Source: Geosiphon pyriformis uo1
Lineage: Eukaryota > Fungi > Glomeromycota
DNA length: 64,000 bases
Direction of reading: 5' to 3'
NCBI GenBank assembly: GCA_016748015.1
Contig: JAAOMT010000591.1
Location: 66,933-130,932, forward strand
Part shown: positions 1-12,394 of the stretch, one piece after another
How positions within the stretch are numbered: the first letter of the stretch is position 1
Layout of the letters: each line of letters starts with the position of its first letter
Notes under the pieces: generated by a model
What the model was told of the DNA's origin: nothing
The model's database searches: none
The model's input: only the letters and a program-made list of their open reading frames with translations
Made by a program: the position numbers and the translations under genes

Positions 1-153
1 AGTTTAAAAGAGTTCTTGTTGTCTGGTGGGACTTCTGGGTGATGTAAAATCTTCTAGTTTTGCAAATCGATTTAAGGGTAAATTAGGTGTTTGTGCTTGT
101 GCAAGTGAAGCTGGAAAAGGTGTGATAGTAAGTGGAAGTTTTAAACTGGTTCC

Positions 154-606
154 TTATTCAGGTGTTTGTAAGTATTTGGCAGTTGTTTTTGGTAGTATTG
201 GAGTATTTGGAGTGGTTTTTGAGTATTGCTTCAATTTTTGTTTGTCTTTGTTGCTTGTTTTTATCTCTAATTCAAAATCAATAGAGTATTGAGACTGTAC
301 TGAATATGTTTCTTTACAGTACTTGATAATGTTAAAATTAAGTTCTTGAAAGTAAGTGGCAAGTGTTTTACTGTTAAGATCTTCAATTCCCAACTGTGAA
401 TAGTGTACTAAATTATTGTAAAGATTGCTTCTAACTTCTGAGATATTGTAATTTCCAAAAAGATAATTGTTGATATGGTTTTCAATGTATTGGTATACTG
501 ATTTCTTGACAACTTCAATTCCGTCTGGAATGTTGAATCTTTGCTTGCAGTGGATGTAAATTGACTGATAATACTCTAGAGTTGTTGCATCTGGTATGAT
601 TGCCAC
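154..606 (-). pseudogene. N-terminal Gag-leader region of element G
   Basis: ORF starts at AAAGTGGCA about 45 nt after the LTR end. Same position and similar sequence style (..FQELNFNIIKYCKETY..KQKLKQ..TP) as the Gag leaders of A/B/C. Confidence 0.6.
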
Positions 607-651
607 TTTAAAGTTGTTTTTGCTGTGTTGTTTCTGTGGGAGAGCACCAAA

Positions 652-1636
652 TGTTACCAGAGGTTTTTGGTCTCTTCTTAGCTCTTGTATGTTTGTTGTA
701 GTGCTGTTAATTCATAACTATGGGAAGTGTTTGAATCTCTGATAACTGAATTTTTTCTTCAAATTATCTCCTATAATTTGAACTGCTGGACTTATAAGTG
801 GAATGGCCAATTTTATGCCAGTTGCTTCATGTAGTTACATTGTAGTAAATGTCAACTCTTTCCCAGGAATTGCTCATCTGAAAGCTCACTAAAAATGTGT
901 AGTTACTTTGCTGTGAAAGTCAATTCTTTTACAGGAATCTTGTCTGTAGGCTACTCTAATGATTATAATAAGAAAATAAAAGAAAGAAAATAAAGAAATG
1001 TAAAAGAAATAGAATTCTGTCAAGGAAAACGTTTTCTATTCAGGCCTAAAGTCACTAACAGTTTACTGAAATTGGTAGCTAATCAATTTCAAAACATTAG
1101 TTGGGTTTTTGGAGATTTTCCAAGTGCAATATTTTAAAAAAATTGGTTTTTCAAATTATTTGATATTTTATTTCTTTTTGTGTATGTAGGAATGGTTCTA
1201 AGTGATAAATCTAAAATAAGATACATTTTTTTGAAGAGAGAAGCTCTTTTTTTATACAACTTATTGTATCACTATTCTATAAACTTGAACTTTGTTTTTT
1301 TCTACAATTTCACTGAACTAAAGATATATTTTGGTAAACTACAAGTTATTTCTGCGAACTATTAGATATTTTGGTGAACTATCAATTATTTCAGTGAATT
1401 TCTACAAATTTCGGCAAACTTTTGAATGTTACATATTTCAGGATATTACATGATTGATCATCACAATTAGGTTACATTTGTGTTATATACAAATTGGGTT
1501 ATTAATTAAGTGATAATTTCGAATATTTTGGTAATGTAATAAGTGATAATTTGAAATAATAATATATGCTAATTAATGATAGAAATTATAAAGATAATTT
1601 CATGCTAAATAATATCTCTAATTTCGTCTGGTAACA
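652..1636 (-). repeat. 5' LTR of element G
   Basis: TG...CA ends with a 9-bp terminal inverted repeat. Degenerate short array (tttcggcgaact-like) at about 1300-1430, upstream of a TATAAAA at about 1250 on the minus strand. Confidence 0.75.
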
Positions 1637-3010
1637 ATATTTTAAAGAGATATTATCTCAACAAGAACAAAATACCATATGAAAACAAGTCTGAAATTAT
1701 TTTATTTAAGACAACTAACTATATTGATGAGAATGCTAAAACTGCCCCACCTCACAACAAGTTATAAAAAATAATAATAAAAAAACTATATTACATAGTA
1801 TGCATTCTGATCCAACTGTAGAATACTTTAACAAAGATGCTACCTTCAAAAGAACCCTAAATTTATACTATTGGCCAACAATATACAAAGACATTTTCAA
1901 ATACATGCTCAATTATGACTTATGTTAGCAAAGAAGAGAAGTAAAATTAACAGAACCACTTCAATTCATTCCAGTTGAAAATTTATTTGATAGAATTAGA
2001 ATTAATTTGGTTGAATCTTTCTCAATTATATCTTAAGGAAATTGCTATATCACTGTAGCCATAGACTATTTTACAAAATGGCCAAAAGCCAAAGCAATCC
2101 AAGTGGCCAATGTCAAAACAGTAGCTGAATTTGTGCATCAAGACCTAATTTGCTAACATGGATACCTGAAAGAATTATTATCTAATCAAGAAACACATTT
2201 CATTAATAATATGTTAACTGAACTAAACCAACAGTTTGGAATAAAACAACCCTTATTGTCATCATACTACTCACAAACAAATAGACTGGTAGAACAATTT
2301 AACCAAACATTGTGCAAAGCACTAGCAAAAATAAGTCATAAAAACAAACAAGAATAGGACTTATTCATACTTTTTGTACTCTTTGTATACCAAACATTGA
2401 AACAAAATATGACTTAATTTACACCATTCAAACTAGTTTATGGAAAAAAAGCTATATTACTGATTGAATGAGTAATACCATCATACCCAACAAAAACAAT
2501 CAATAAAGAGAATTTTGAAGCTATCTTATACCAAAGAATGTACTAGCTAATAGAAATGTTAAAAGACAATTATAAAACAGCAGCTGACAATATTAGTTAT
2601 GCTCAAGAATGACAAAAAGAAAGACATAATAACTGCTTACCAAAACAACCAATGGAATTCAAGATTGGAAACCAAGTACTATTACATCATACAAAAGCTG
2701 AGAAACAGTAAAATAGAAAGTTCAATCCAAAGTGGGATGGTCCATTCTACATACACAAAGCTTTAGGAAATGGAGCTTACAAATTACAATTAGAAGACAG
2801 AATTTTAAAGAAAGTAGCACATGGAAATCAGTTAAAAATTTATCATGCAATATAGGAATTATCATTATCAGTACCTCAGCTAGGAACACAAATTTCATTA
2901 ATCAAACTATAAGATATATCATAAGATCTAAAACCAATTATTGTTATCGAAACATAAACAATATATAGCAAATTAAATTAGGGAATTCAAATATATATAG
3001 CATCCAAAAA

Positions 3011-3751
3011 ATGGCAAGAAATGATAGAACTTTTAACATGAACCTGTCAGATCAAATTTTACAACTTTTGAAACAATTATTTGATGTAATTCAACAATCC
3101 TCTGCTCAAATAAAAGTGACAATTAATAGAAAAGAGATACAATATAAAGATAAAAGCAAAAAAGGAGAGGGCAAGAGTTCAACTAAAACTAAACAGTCCT
3201 ATTTCTATTCAACATTTGAGAGGGGAAATTGGCGAAAAGCTTCTTTTTGAACAGAACTGAGAATAAAAGAAGTTTATAAAAGATATGTGATCCCCAAGCT
3301 CGAAGAAATAAAGGAAGCTTTAGCTCATGGGATTGATCTCTCTGAAACAGAGGAATAAACACCTGACAATACCTAAGAATAGAAAAAAAGACTTCCTTCA
3401 ACATATTAGTTCTACAAAATTGGTAAATAACTAGATTTGAAGATACTATATGAAGACTCCAGCCAAAAAACTTTTAACAAAAAAGCAATACAACAAGTAG
3501 AAAAATTCATAGAAAAAAGCAATCTGACTTTATATTACAAAGCAGCATACTAACTATATGCCATTTTCTAATATTGTTTAAATATACTGCTATATAGATC
3601 TATAAAAACTATAACAGTTAACAACATAGGACAAATAACCAATCAACAGTTCAAAGATCTATGAAAAACAATACTCAATACAACCATCAAACACTATATA
3701 AACAAAATCAGAATAACAGATATATACAATTTTACAGAAGCTTAATCTTAA
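3011..3751 (+). pseudogene. accessory ORF3 of element F (unknown function)
   Basis: ATG 3011 preceded by ATATATATAG (2991-3000). Shares QQ/KQLF..IQQ....ITIN...I.Y and ITVN.IG.ITNQQF motifs with the ORF3s of A/B/C. Ends at the PPT. Contains stops and frameshifts. Confidence 0.7.
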
Positions 3752-3819
3752 AAAGAGAGAAATAATATTATCTAAGTAGAAAAACTAATCTAAAGTTATG
3801 AAAAAACGTGACCAAAATA

Positions 3820-3970
3820 TGACATAACACAGAATAATACACAATAATGTTGGATAATGCATTATAACTTAGAATAATACAGAATAATGTATTATAACAT
3901 AGAATAACACAGAATAACATGTAATAACACCAGATAACATGTTATAACAGAGAATAAATAGGAATAATGT
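3820..3970 (+). repeat. ~10-bp tandem array (AGAATAACAC-like) in U3 of the F LTR
   Basis: Repeated agaataatac/agaataacac/ataacat units, upstream of TATATAAAA at about 4056. Confidence 0.75.
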
Positions 3971-4800
3971 AGAAAAACAAAGCAATAACAAAAATAGCAA
4001 AGCAATAGTTAGCAATAATGAAACAATTAAAAGCAATCCTGTAAAATCAAAAGAATATATAAAAGCAAATAGTTGTAGAAGTTAGAAAGAATAATATAGA
4101 TACAAATTATTAAACAAAAATCAAATATTTTTACTCCTTTTATTATTTATTCTATTCCATCTTCATCTTTTAAAATAAATCAATTATTGAGAAATCAGAA
4201 TTATGAATTCATGTTTTCAAACTTTGTGAACTTTATATGAATTAACTATTGTTTCATATCTTTATTCCAAAACAGATGCTCTTAGTATAATTACCTTAAA
4301 CTATTAATAATTTGGACTAATTGCTCTTAATCATGACAATTAATAATACTAATTCTTTTTTTTCTTTTATTTTTTTTATTTTTATTTCTTTTCTATTCTT
4401 TTCTTTATTCTTTTGTAAAGCAACAATATAGTAAAATCAACTGTTTGGAAATAAACTTCATAATAGCCTGGTAAACGAAGGAGGCTTTTTCTAAGTTTTG
4501 GATATTAACATTATCTTGTTAGCTTACCAGAAGGGCAAAAAGACAACATCAGACCCTAATGACTGTGTTTGTTAGTTCAGAAAAGATAACTCACATTTAT
4601 AAGAAGTTGCAATTGGTGAAAGCCAAACCTTTGTGCCTTATAACCAAAAAATTCAATAAGTAAATTCACAACCAGTAAATAAAACTTTTAGAAATTAATA
4701 ATCAAGACTAAGCTAGTGGAATTATGTAAAAGATGCAGTACCAATAATTGAGAACACCAAACATTACTATTTCCTTGCTCTATCAAATTTACCTGTAATA

Positions 4801-5690
4801 TTAGCTAAATAACTGTTTATATATAACAAATACATAAATCACATTTAATTTAAAATTTTAGATAATTGTATTATATTAGATAATAATTAGGCCTTACTCA
4901 TAAACACAAAAAAAAAAGTAATAATAATATATTTTTAATAATTATTAAATTTAAATAACTAAAAAACAAAGTATGTTTAATTATATTTTTAAAAAATTTT
5001 ATTGTTAATTTTATAAACTATATAATCAAAAACAAAATTGACAATTTAGTTTTAAAATAATGTATAAAACAATTATTTTTTAAATTTTAATATTAAACTA
5101 TTTTTTTAACAAAAATTAATTAATTATTTAAAACTAAAAAACAATCAAAGTTTTTAAAACATATAATAATATATTAATATAAATTAGCAAATTTTAATTT
5201 AATATTAATAATTAAGTTAAATACTCTAAAATGTTTTTAATATTAAAAAAATATATATTAACTACAAAATTTTTGAATTTTTAAAAATAGGTAAAATTTT
5301 TTTTAATATTTGTATTTATAGCAGCATTTAAATAAGTTTAAAAAACAAACTTTATATAAACAACTTAACATCGTTTTTAAAACTATTTAAATACAATAAA
5401 ATTAAACAATATTTAAAATATAAATTTAATAAAATCTAATTTTACTTTAAATATAATATTAAAAATAAAAAATTATGATTCAATTACAAATTTAACTGTT
5501 AATTTTTTTTAAGTAGCAAAAAAATTAATATATATTAATTTGAAAAAAAAGATAGTAATTGTTTTTTTTGGTTATTTAAAGAAAATTTTTTTTTGACTTT
5601 TTATTATCATATTATAAATACAATTGATTAAAATTTTTTCATTAAACGAATAATTTCTGAATTTTAATTATTTCAAAACAAATTTGAAAA
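4801..5690. other. extremely AT-rich non-coding tract, probably a fully decayed repeat
   Basis: Almost no G/C and no recoverable ORF. Origin cannot be assigned. Confidence 0.35.
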
Positions 5691-5706
5691 TCAAACAATT
5701 TTTCAT

Positions 5707-6664
5707 TTAGCAATTTTTACAATACAATCTGATAAAATGCCTCATGTTTTCCAAAGGAGCTATTTGGGGATATTTTAAATTTTCAGGATACCTGCAAATT
5801 TAAATGAAAATTCAATTGAATAGCCAATTCAATAATCAAATACAACGATACACACCTATACCACACAGAGTCATGTGACACCACAACATCAAACTCTTTC
5901 AGGGCATCAAGAAGGAAATAGATCATATAAGTTTTCCCGCCCACATTTAAATTAGAGAACGAACCGGCCGAATCTACTATCTGCAAAATTGAGAGTTAAT
6001 TCGAATGCGTGAAATCAATATTCATTAGCAGATGATGGGTTACCAATAGATGTGTCCCTTTTCGCATATTTTTAGCTAACAATTGAATCATTTCAATAGC
6101 GGCCTTTTTGTTGACAAATAATTCATTCATCACAAACATAAATGTTATAAGATCTGCCATCGCGAACTGTTGTTGTAATTCTTTTGTAGGTTCGAGCACA
6201 TCGCTAACCATGAACACGCATTTCAAAGTATCTACTTTTATTTCCAATTGTTCCCGAATCTTGCTTTCAAGACTATCCAATATTGTGCCCCAATTCACAT
6301 AGTCTTGCATATAGAGGTGTAGTCTCGTATGAGTCGAATTAGCGGTTTTATTTGCGTGATTTAGTGCAGCAGCGAATCCAAGTAATTCGCTACCCGCACC
6401 CGAACCTACGCTGAAAATCCTAGTTTCACGATTATTAATAAGCTCGAATATTTTCTCCTCGTTCTTTATGAGATTATAATAACATAAGGATCGAGTGGGT
6501 ACGTATTTTGCTGAATATATCGAGAGATTCTCCGGATCTTTGAAGATTTGGTTGTAATCACGTTTAAAAAAAGCTGCTTTGATGGCCTGAAGTCTTGTAA
6601 GGAAATCCGAGCTTTCGAAAGTGCTTTCAAACACTTGAGAAATCAAGTTCAAGATCCCTAACAT
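5707..6664 (-). CDS. BMT6: 25S rRNA uridine-N3 methyltransferase, Bmt6/DUF3115-like; exons 6664-6044, 5980-5856, 5791-5707
   Basis: Motifs YSAKYVPTRSLCY, SVGSGAGSEL (SAM-binding), ITFMFVMNELF, IVDSAGSFS, WYR..LKYP...LENMR. Two GT-AG introns (5981-6043, 5792-5855) join in frame to a TAA at 5707. Confidence 0.8.
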
Positions 6665-6859
6665 TATAAAGAAAAAATTGAGCTATTGAAATTTTAGAAT
6701 AACCTAAATTTTCATATCGTTTCACACTTTGTTCAAGGTTGTCAGGAAGGGCATCTCCGTGGTTCATAATGCGTCGGTGATCTAAATGCTAAAAGTTTTC
6801 CTTATAATTCTGTTTTACAATGATTATCTTTTAATGAGGTATTCTAATAGGATAAATAT

Positions 6860-9800
6860 TCAGCCGGCATAAGTTCTACGACTTGGATTCGGTTTTCTTC
6901 TGTAATTAGGCCGTATTATTGGTTTTGTTTGGGATCGTTCAAATTCACTACTAGAAGTGACTAAGTTAGAATTTGTTGAAATAATATTTGGAAGCGGGTC
7001 GCTTGGTTGAATATCTCCTTTAATATCTATTCGGGTAATCTAGGGCACAAAATAAAAAAGATTAAATATAAAAAGGCATTAACTGATATTAGGTAAACAA
7101 TTTTACATACCTTACGTCTTTTAGTCCGTAGCTGAGTACTGGGCGACAGCCATTCGTTCAACGGTTCCCCTTTTGAATCTTTCAATGAAGGAACTACAGA
7201 ATTAGAGAGATTAGGTAATTTCTCTTTATTCTTTTCTAGTCCGTTTACCAGGAAAGAATTCTAGAAATTCAAAATATATTAGTTTCTAATTTTCTCGAGA
7301 ATAAGGCCTGAAAAATAATGTCCTACGTCTGTTAAAAAAGAATCCGTATCAACTTTTAATTCTGCATCAGTTTCATTTTTTGGAGGAAGAGCCTGTTTTT
7401 AAACATTTTCATTAAATAGTCATAATCAATCGTATGAAACAAAAATAAATTACTTTTCGATTTGAAATACCATTGCATCGATCTCTAAGAGAGTTAAATG
7501 TTGGTTATAAGTATTCTCGAGGGAATTAAACTTTGCCACATCGCTTAAAGAATGAAATGGTTTATCGAATGGAATCGATTCTTGCTTGTCCAAAGCATCC
7601 AATAAGGAGGGTACAGTTGAATTATTTCGGCTTTGTCGAATTGGCTAAATTCAACAAATACAGAGATTTTGTTAATTATAATAACAGTATTTATTTTTAG
7701 GGAATTGGTTTACCTTTTGATCGCTGACTCCATCATTGCTTGTTAAAATTTTCAGATCGGTGCGATTAGTTTCGGTATTTGGTTTTGATGCCAAAGGCTT
7801 CTTTTCCTAATCATCAAGTATGTTTTTGATCAAATGACTTTTGATGAAAGCTAAACCAATGTTCAATTGACCCACTATATGTTGTGCAACTCGTCGTTGA
7901 GGCTCTTTTTGATCAAGTTGAGAATGAAGTGACCGCTTGGAGTCAAAAGTAATAATTCCCAAATAAGTGACCAAAGATTTCAAATCCCAATCTAAAAACT
8001 CAATATAAATTTAAAGGAAACATACGATTTCTTCACTTAAGGCTGTTTCCCGACTTTCTGCTTCACGTAGTTTGCAATCACGTTTGCGAATTTCATTTTC
8101 GTGTTCAACCGCAGCCCTTTTGGCAAGGTCTTGATAATATTGAGCTGCCCGGTGAAGAGCTTGGTCAACTGCTTCTTTTTTCTAATAAAAAGTTCAAATA
8201 CCAAATGTTCATTTGGATATTTTTCCCCTTTTGAATATGGAGGAAATAAAAAACCTGAATATCATTGTTGTCTCTTCCTTCAAGTAGCATTCGGTGTTCA
8301 TTCGAGATTTCAATAAATTTGGTCTTTAACTCTAATAGTTCTGCTTCTGTTGAATTTGATTCGATCTTTGAAGAGGATGATTATAACATTTTAGATTTGC
8401 CTTGATCAATAGGTATGCTTCAAGCCATTATACCTGAAAATTTTCAACTGCAGAATTTAATTCTGTTATTTTTTTCTCATGACCAATATTTATACGATCA
8501 ACCTCTGCAATAAGATCTCTATGTTGGACCCCAAGATCCCTTTCTGGTATATCAAGAGTTCCAATAGCAACTAATATGAATGAAATCGGGATTTATTTTG
8601 AAGTTTCAAAAAAATCAGTGAAGGCTAGAATAAATCAAATAACATACTTGAAACCGAGTCGACTATTCGATGATCACGTTCGCTGAGCTGGGCCTCAAGT
8701 TGTTCGATTCTTTTTTGAAGAGTAATCATATATCCAGAAAATAATTTGTTCCTATGAGGCTAATTACTGCTTACCTATCGTTATATAATTCGTTGACCCG
8801 CGTGATTTCCTCAACCTTTCGACAAGAATTTCCGAGTTCTGATTCAAGATGAAATCTTACGGACCGTTCTTCCTGGTAATCAGACTCTAATTTTAAACGT
8901 TGAGTTCGCTCTTCCTTATATTCTCCTTCTAATTTGGCCCGTTCGTTGTTTGTTTCTATTTCCAAGCTCATCCGCTGCTTCTGAAATGCTTCTTGAAATT
9001 GGATGCGCTCTTCCTTGCTCTCGATTTCTATTCTTTGCAGTTCGGCTGCTTGTTTGTTACTTAAAGTATCTTTTTCTTGATCTTTTAATTCTAATTGTTT
9101 TTTTGTGCTGTCTTTTAAAAGTTCAAGCTCTGATTGAAGGTTTTTATATTCCAATTCCGTTGTTCTCAAAGCCAATATTCTAAATAGTTTCTTAAAATCA
9201 ACGGAAGAAACCGATATTTGAAAAACTACACTTGTGCATACCGTTCTTCTTTTTCGCCTATCATGGATCGGACGCGTGCAGTTTCTTGTTTCATAATTTC
9301 TATTGTGGATTCAAGTTGCTGGATTTGATGAGCAAATGTGTTGATCCTGCAAACCAGAAATTGTTATCTAGCCATCGCGTGAAACTGTATAATATACATA
9401 AGAGGCATGGTTGAAAATACTTTTCTTCATTCTCCTTTCTAGAATTTACTTCTATTCGCAATAAATCTTCAGAGCGTTGCTTTGTGAGTTTTAACTGTTG
9501 AATTTCTTCAAAAAGTAAAGATTTTTGGACGCTATTTTCATTCAACATGGAATCAGACTTCGAACGCCAAGCCTCCAAATCAAATGCATATTTTGAAGTC
9601 TTTTCTTCTGCTTTTTGTATCGCTGACCGCAATTGATCAATGGTTTCTTGGTGACGATCATTGGATTCAGTAAGTTTTCCATTAAGTTTTCTCAAATGCT
9701 CTAATTGAGTTGATTCTAAAATATAGTGATGGGCTACTAGTTAACTGGAAAATATCAAAAAAAATTATTTTAGACTGTTAGAAAAAATCAAATATATTTA

Positions 9801-11427
9801 CGAGAATCACAAAGGGAAGCCTTCGCTTCAAGTGCATATTTTTGCTTTGCCATGAGGTTACTATAATCTAATTGAAATTTTTTTTTGGTTATTTAATTGA
9901 AAAGATAACCATGTACCAATATTTAGTGAGTTTGAGGACGTGAAAGTAATGCATACCACGTTTTAGTTTCTTGACTTGATTGTCAATTCTAATTTTCTCC
10001 TTATTGAAACCCTGAATATTCTTGGCCATATCCAAGAGGTTCTTACGAAGGGAAAAATATTTGGTCTTTATAGCTCCAATACGATTACTGTTGCGTTCTG
10101 CACTGTTTTTTTGCCGGTTGATCATTACCTCTATGAATGTAATACGTTCTCTATAGAAATTCAATGTTTTATCACGACTAAAAAGATTATTTCGAAGAGT
10201 TTTAACTAATTCACGCTGGAAATTATATTATATAATTTATGTATAATATGAAAATTAGAGAGTAAATAACCTTATTTATGTGAAATATAGGAAAGTCAAT
10301 ATTAAATAATACTAGAGAACTCACCATATCTATTATTTCAATATCCCTTTGTTTGGCTTCCGTTTTCCATTTTTTTACTACACCCATTACAATTCCCAAT
10401 TCCTCATCCTCCCCCGCTTCCCTAATAGCATGAAAGTCCCTCTCTGATTTTTTTTCTGCCTCTCTCTCCAATTCATTGATCGAATCCATCGTTGGTGGTT
10501 CCTTTGGAATAAAAATATTTGAGCGTTCGGGAGAATCAGGTAATTGTGTATCAGTTTTCTCTAAATCAGCTATCCCCCCGACGGCTTGTGATTTTGGAGT
10601 TCTGGTCAGGGATGTTGAGGGCCTACAATGAGCCCAGGGGGATGGGGTAGGTGTTTGAAAGTAGCAGATGGTTTATTGGAATCATTATTTTGAGAACTAC
10701 CATACCACTCTCCGGAGGGTTTCTCGTTATGCTGGTCAGTAGTTGTCTCAGGGGCATTTTGATCATTAAAAAATAACAGCATAGGATCGTTCTCCTTACT
10801 TTGTAGCCCTAAACTTTGTGATGGAAAGGACTCATGATTCTCGGATAGAGCCGTATATAATTCTAAGTCTTCATTAACAGAAGAATTGAAATTTGATTTA
10901 GGGATTTTGTAAGAAGGCTCCATAGCTTCTGTAGAGGTAATGTAGGAAGTGAGCGGACTTTGAGGGAATTTATCATCTACTGTTGATGCCGTTGTTCCAG
11001 CAAAATCATCAGGGAAGGAAGTAAGGTTATTAAAATTATTGGTAAAATGGTTTGAGCTCGGATTGTTAGACTGTTCATTTACTGGTTGACTATAACAGAG
11101 AGTCGAAGATGCTGCTTCTGAATTATTTTGAAAATCTTTGAAAGAGAGACGTTTTGTGCTAGATTTTGTTCTAAAAAGGGGCTGGGCGAAAACATTTAAG
11201 GGCTTTTGTGATGATTTTTGCGCTTGGTTTTCTTTAACACCAAGGTCTTGCGAAGAAACAGAAAGTCTAAGAGGCTCTTCTTGTGCCGAGTGGCGCGAAC
11301 GCCCAAAAAAGAAGTCTCTTTTCTTAGGTAGGTCAGTGTCAGAGCTAGAGTGGACAGTAAGTATAGAGTTATTGGGCATAGAACTTCCTTTGATATTGAG
11401 AGATTGGTCGGCAAGTTCGGTTTCCAT
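6860..11427 (-). CDS. multi-exon protein: disordered S/P-rich N-terminus, long coiled coil, basic C-terminal tail; function unknown
   Basis: ATG 11427 (METELADQ). In-frame GT-AG intron 10623-10705. E/K/L/Q heptad-rich exons at about 8000-10500. Last exon ends ..NYRRKPNPSRRTYAG* at 6860. CpG retained, as in the other host genes. Internal exon boundaries were not all resolved. Confidence 0.75.
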
Positions 11428-11541
11428 ACTAACGCAAGGCTGTTGGTGATAAAGCAAAGAGTGGAACTCTAAATTTTTTGACGCGTAGATTATGATTGGA
11501 TTGATCAGGTTTTGATTTTACATTTGGTTAATCTGACTGAT

Positions 11542-11739
11542 TGTTATGAGTTGGAACAGGATTCGAGTTGATTTGGGATTCTAATTTAACTTGAGTTAAT
11601 CCGGAATCCTTAATTCAACTCTGTGCTGATTCCGAATTAACTCAACCAATTACATTATTTGGTTAATTGGCCAGTAAAAAGTTTTCCTTTCATTAGCCAA
11701 TCAAAAAAATCAAAGTTTTGATATTTGACGTATTTTTTT
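11542..11739 (+). repeat. left TIR of the Ginger-like element
   Basis: Reverse complement of 60220-60389 (shared ggttaattggccagtaaaaagttttcctttcattagccaatcaaaaaaatcaaag), with about 28 bp extra on the left copy. Confidence 0.9.
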
Positions 11740-12394
11740 ATTATTATATCTAATAATTCTAATTATTTGTTTCGATTCTTACAAGTATTGCTATTGCTAC
11801 CATAACATTGTGTATCACATAAAACTCTGGTTTTTTTGCAATTACAATAATTAGTTCTACAGGTCTCTTTACAATTGTATTAATAACTTATTATTTCTCT
11901 CTAATTTTAACATAAGACTGCTTTACATAAAAAAATAAAAGTGTTTGCTATTTTTTATAAATTTGAAAAATTAGTAGTTTTAATAGACATTAATTCTATT
12001 GTGTAATAAGAATTTTTTAATATTCTTGACTTGTATTTTAGTCTATATAATTTTTTATTAATAGTTTTAATTATTTTGTAAATAAAGAGCTTTTTATCAA
12101 TACTTAAACAATTAATTTTTGGAATTTCAATTTGCATAAAATCTCCAATTTTATAAAATATTTTCTGCTTTGCATTTTTACACAGCATTTTTTTTGTATT
12201 ATTTTGGTATTATTAACATATTGATTATAAACAATTTGGTATATTTTATAATAATCAATAGGAAAGTTAGTAATATTGTATAATATATTGTTTTGGTTAT
12301 CATTATTCTATTAAAAAATATGAGATTAATACAGAATAATATTAAAAAGTGCAAATAATAAAAAATATTACCTTATTTTTTGAAATTATAATGG

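Larger units (their letters stand above)
1..1636 (-). mobile_element. Ty3/Gypsy-like LTR element G, 5' end (continues off the left edge), inserted into the integrase of element F
   Basis: LTR 652-1636 bounded by the inverted termini TGTTACCAG...CTGGTAACA. PBS-like TTTGGTGCTCTC immediately inside (640-651, minus). Gag-leader ORF follows. F integrase sequence resumes at 1637. Confidence 0.8.
1637..4800 (+). mobile_element. Ty3/Gypsy element F, 3' part: degraded integrase, accessory ORF, PPT and 3' LTR
   Basis: Stop-riddled HHCC/rve integrase (MHSDPT, AIDYFTKWPKAKAI, KWDGPFYI..LGNGAYKL). Purine tract 3750-3765. LTR about 3766-4800 (TATTA...TGTAATA, decayed TG..CA). Confidence 0.8.

Noticed and set aside
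11538-11541. Target-site duplication for the Ginger-like element
   Set aside because: The left flank TGAT and right flank TATA do not match, so no TSD is claimed.
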